Below the pieces are notes generated by a model. It saw only the letters and a program-made list of their open reading frames with translations. It ran no database searches and was not told where the DNA came from. The translations under genes were made by a program, and so were the position numbers. From Lingula anatina (Eukaryota; Animalia; Brachiopoda), in NCBI GenBank assembly GCA_051362555.1, contig CM120642.1, forward strand, positions 14,322,001 through 14,386,000: a DNA stretch of 64,000 bases. Direction: 5' to 3'. Of this stretch, positions 62,301-64,000 are shown one piece after another. Position 1 is the first letter of the stretch. Each line of letters starts with the position of its first letter.

Positions 62301-64000
62301 GGACTTCACCCGTGGATCCAAGCTATGGTAAGTAAATTTCATTTTTTAGGGGTGGCGGGAATGGTAAATTGAAGAAATCTAATCCTGTTTTTCTTTTCTT
62401 TTTACAGGATGAAGAAGATGATGAGGGACCCCACCCAGACATGGACTTCACTTTTGGATCAAAGTTAAGGTTAGTAAATTTCATTTTTTTGGGGTGGTGG
62501 GATGGGTAAATTGAAGAAATCTAATCTTGTTTTTCTTTTCTTTTTATAGGACGAAGAAGATGATGAGGGACCCCACCCAGACATGGACTTCACACTTGGA
62601 TCCAAGCTAAGGTTAGTAAATTTCATTTTTTTAGGGTGGTGGGATGGGTAAATTAAATAAATCTAATCTTCTTTTTCATTTCTTTTTACAGGACGAAGAA
62701 GATGAAGTGAGACCCCAACCAGTGGACTTCACCCTTGGATCCAAGCTAAGGTAAGTAAATTTTATTTTTTTGGGGTGGCGGGAATGGTAAATTGAAGAAA
62801 TCTAATCCTGTTTTTCGTTTCTTTTTACAGGACAAAGAAGATGATGAGCGCCCCCAACCAGACATGGACTTCACCCTTGGATTCAAGCTAAGGTTAGTAA
62901 ATTTCATTTTTTGGGGTGGGGAGATTAGTAAATTGAAGAAATCTAATCCTGTTTTTCGTTTCTTTTTACAGGACAAAGAAGATGATGAGCGCCCCCAACC
63001 GGACATGGACTTCACCCTTGGATTCAAGCTAAGGTTAGTAAATTTCATTTTTTGGGGGTGGGGGGATTAGTAAATTGAAGAAATCTAATCCTGTTTTTCG
63101 TTTCTTTTTATAGGACAAAGAAGATGATGAGCGCCCCTACCCAGACATGGACTTCACACTTGGATCCAAGCTAAGGTTAGTAAATTTTATTTTTTCGGGA
63201 TGGTGGGATGGGTAAATTGAAGAAATCTAATCTTGTTTTTCTTTTCTTTTTACAGGATGAAGAAGATGATAAGGGACCCCACCCAGACATGGACTTCACT
63301 CTTGGATCCAAGTTAAGGTTAGTAAATTTCATTTTTTTGGGGTGGTGGGGTTGGTAAATTGAATAAATCTAATCTTGTTTTTCATTTCTTTTTACAGGAT
63401 GAAGAAGATGAAGTGAGACCCCAACCGGACATGGACTTCACCCTTGGATCCAAGCTAAGGTAAGTAAATTTCATTTTTTTGGGGTGGCGGGAATGGTAAA
63501 TTGAAGAAATCTAATCCTGTTTTTCGTTTCTTTTTACAGGACAAAGAAGATGATGAGCGCCCCTTCCCAGACATGGACTTCACACTTGGATCCAAGCTAA
63601 GGTTAGTAAATTTCATTTTTTTGGGGTGGTGGGATGGGTAAATTAAATAAATCTAATCTTGTTTTTCATTTCTTTTTACAGGACGAAGAAGATGAAGTGA
63701 GACCCCAACCGGACATGGACTTCACCCGTGGATCCAAGCTAAGGTAAGTAAATTTCATTTTTTTGGGGTGGCGGGAATGGTAAATTGAAGAAATCTAATC
63801 CTGTTTTTCGTTTCTTTTTACAGGACAAAGAAGATGATGAGCGCCCCCAACCGGACATGGACTTCACCCTTGGATTCAAGCTAAGGTTAGTAAATTTCAT
63901 TTTTTAGGGGTGGGGGGATTAGTAAATTGAAGAAATCTAATCCTGTTTTTCGTTTCTTTTTACAGGACAAAGAAGATGATGAGCGCCCCTACCCAGACAT
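11335..64000 (+). repeat. Tandem array of ~370 x ~142-bp units with higher-order structure; each unit is an ~80-nt intron-like part plus a 62-nt exon-like part; open at the right edge
   Basis: Consensus gttagtaaatttcatttttttggggtggtgggatgggtaaattgaagaaatctaatcttgtttttcttttctttttacag|GATGAAGAAGATGATGAGGGACCCCACCCAGACATGGACTTCACCCTTGGATCCAAGCTAAG, repeated head-to-tail with no interruption seen. Copy number is estimated as length/142. Most units carry a BamHI site. Confidence 0.98.
11420..11481 (+). other. First 62-nt exon-like cassette of the array (DEEDDEGPHPDMDFTLGSKL-R), representative of all copies
   Basis: Preceded by CTAAT, a polypyrimidine tract and ACAG (AG at 11418-11419); followed by GTTAGT at 11482. 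Only frame 0 is open. Confidence 0.7.

Noticed and set aside
11272-63070. The many 68-140 aa ORFs on both strands inside the array (MGKLKKSNLVF..., MKFTNLSL...)
   Set aside because: They are read-throughs of intron-like sequence that appear only where T-run length happens to keep frame. They are not independent genes.
11335-64000. CRISPR array interpretation
   Set aside because: There are no unique spacers: the whole 142-bp unit repeats. The context is eukaryotic and no cas genes are present.
11420-64000. Single giant repeat protein or neuropeptide precursor from constitutive splicing of all cassettes
   Set aside because: 62-nt exons frameshift into a TAA in the second copy, and there are no consistent dibasic or Gly-Lys-Arg processing sites.

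Overview
Intron-containing, AT-rich animal genomic DNA, probably from a marine invertebrate (an inference from gene and repeat content). Bases 1-11.3 kb are complex sequence. On the minus strand they hold six coding exons of a long-form COMMD6 gene that runs off the left edge, a Cys-rich serum amyloid A (SAA)-like gene with an in-frame TAA, and an exon resembling the end of a MIF4G domain that also contains a stop. The same region carries a Penelope-like fragment with a hammerhead ribozyme core, an internally deleted Rex1/Babar-type LINE and several MITEs. From about 11,335 to the right edge (about 52.7 kb) is a tandem array of roughly 370 copies of a ~142-bp unit. Each unit is a complete spliceosomal cassette on the + strand: an ~80-nt intron (GTTAGT/GTAAGT donor, G-runs, CTAAT branch point, polypyrimidine tract, YAG) and a 62-nt phase 0-to-2 exon encoding variants of DEEDDEGPHPDMDFTLGSKLR. 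Variation among the exons looks coding-like (synonymous changes, 3-nt deletions), but dead copies have also been amplified. The array is either a very large mutually exclusive exon cluster or a satellite born from one exon-intron unit. All homology calls come from recalled motifs, not database searches, and counts are estimates by eye.
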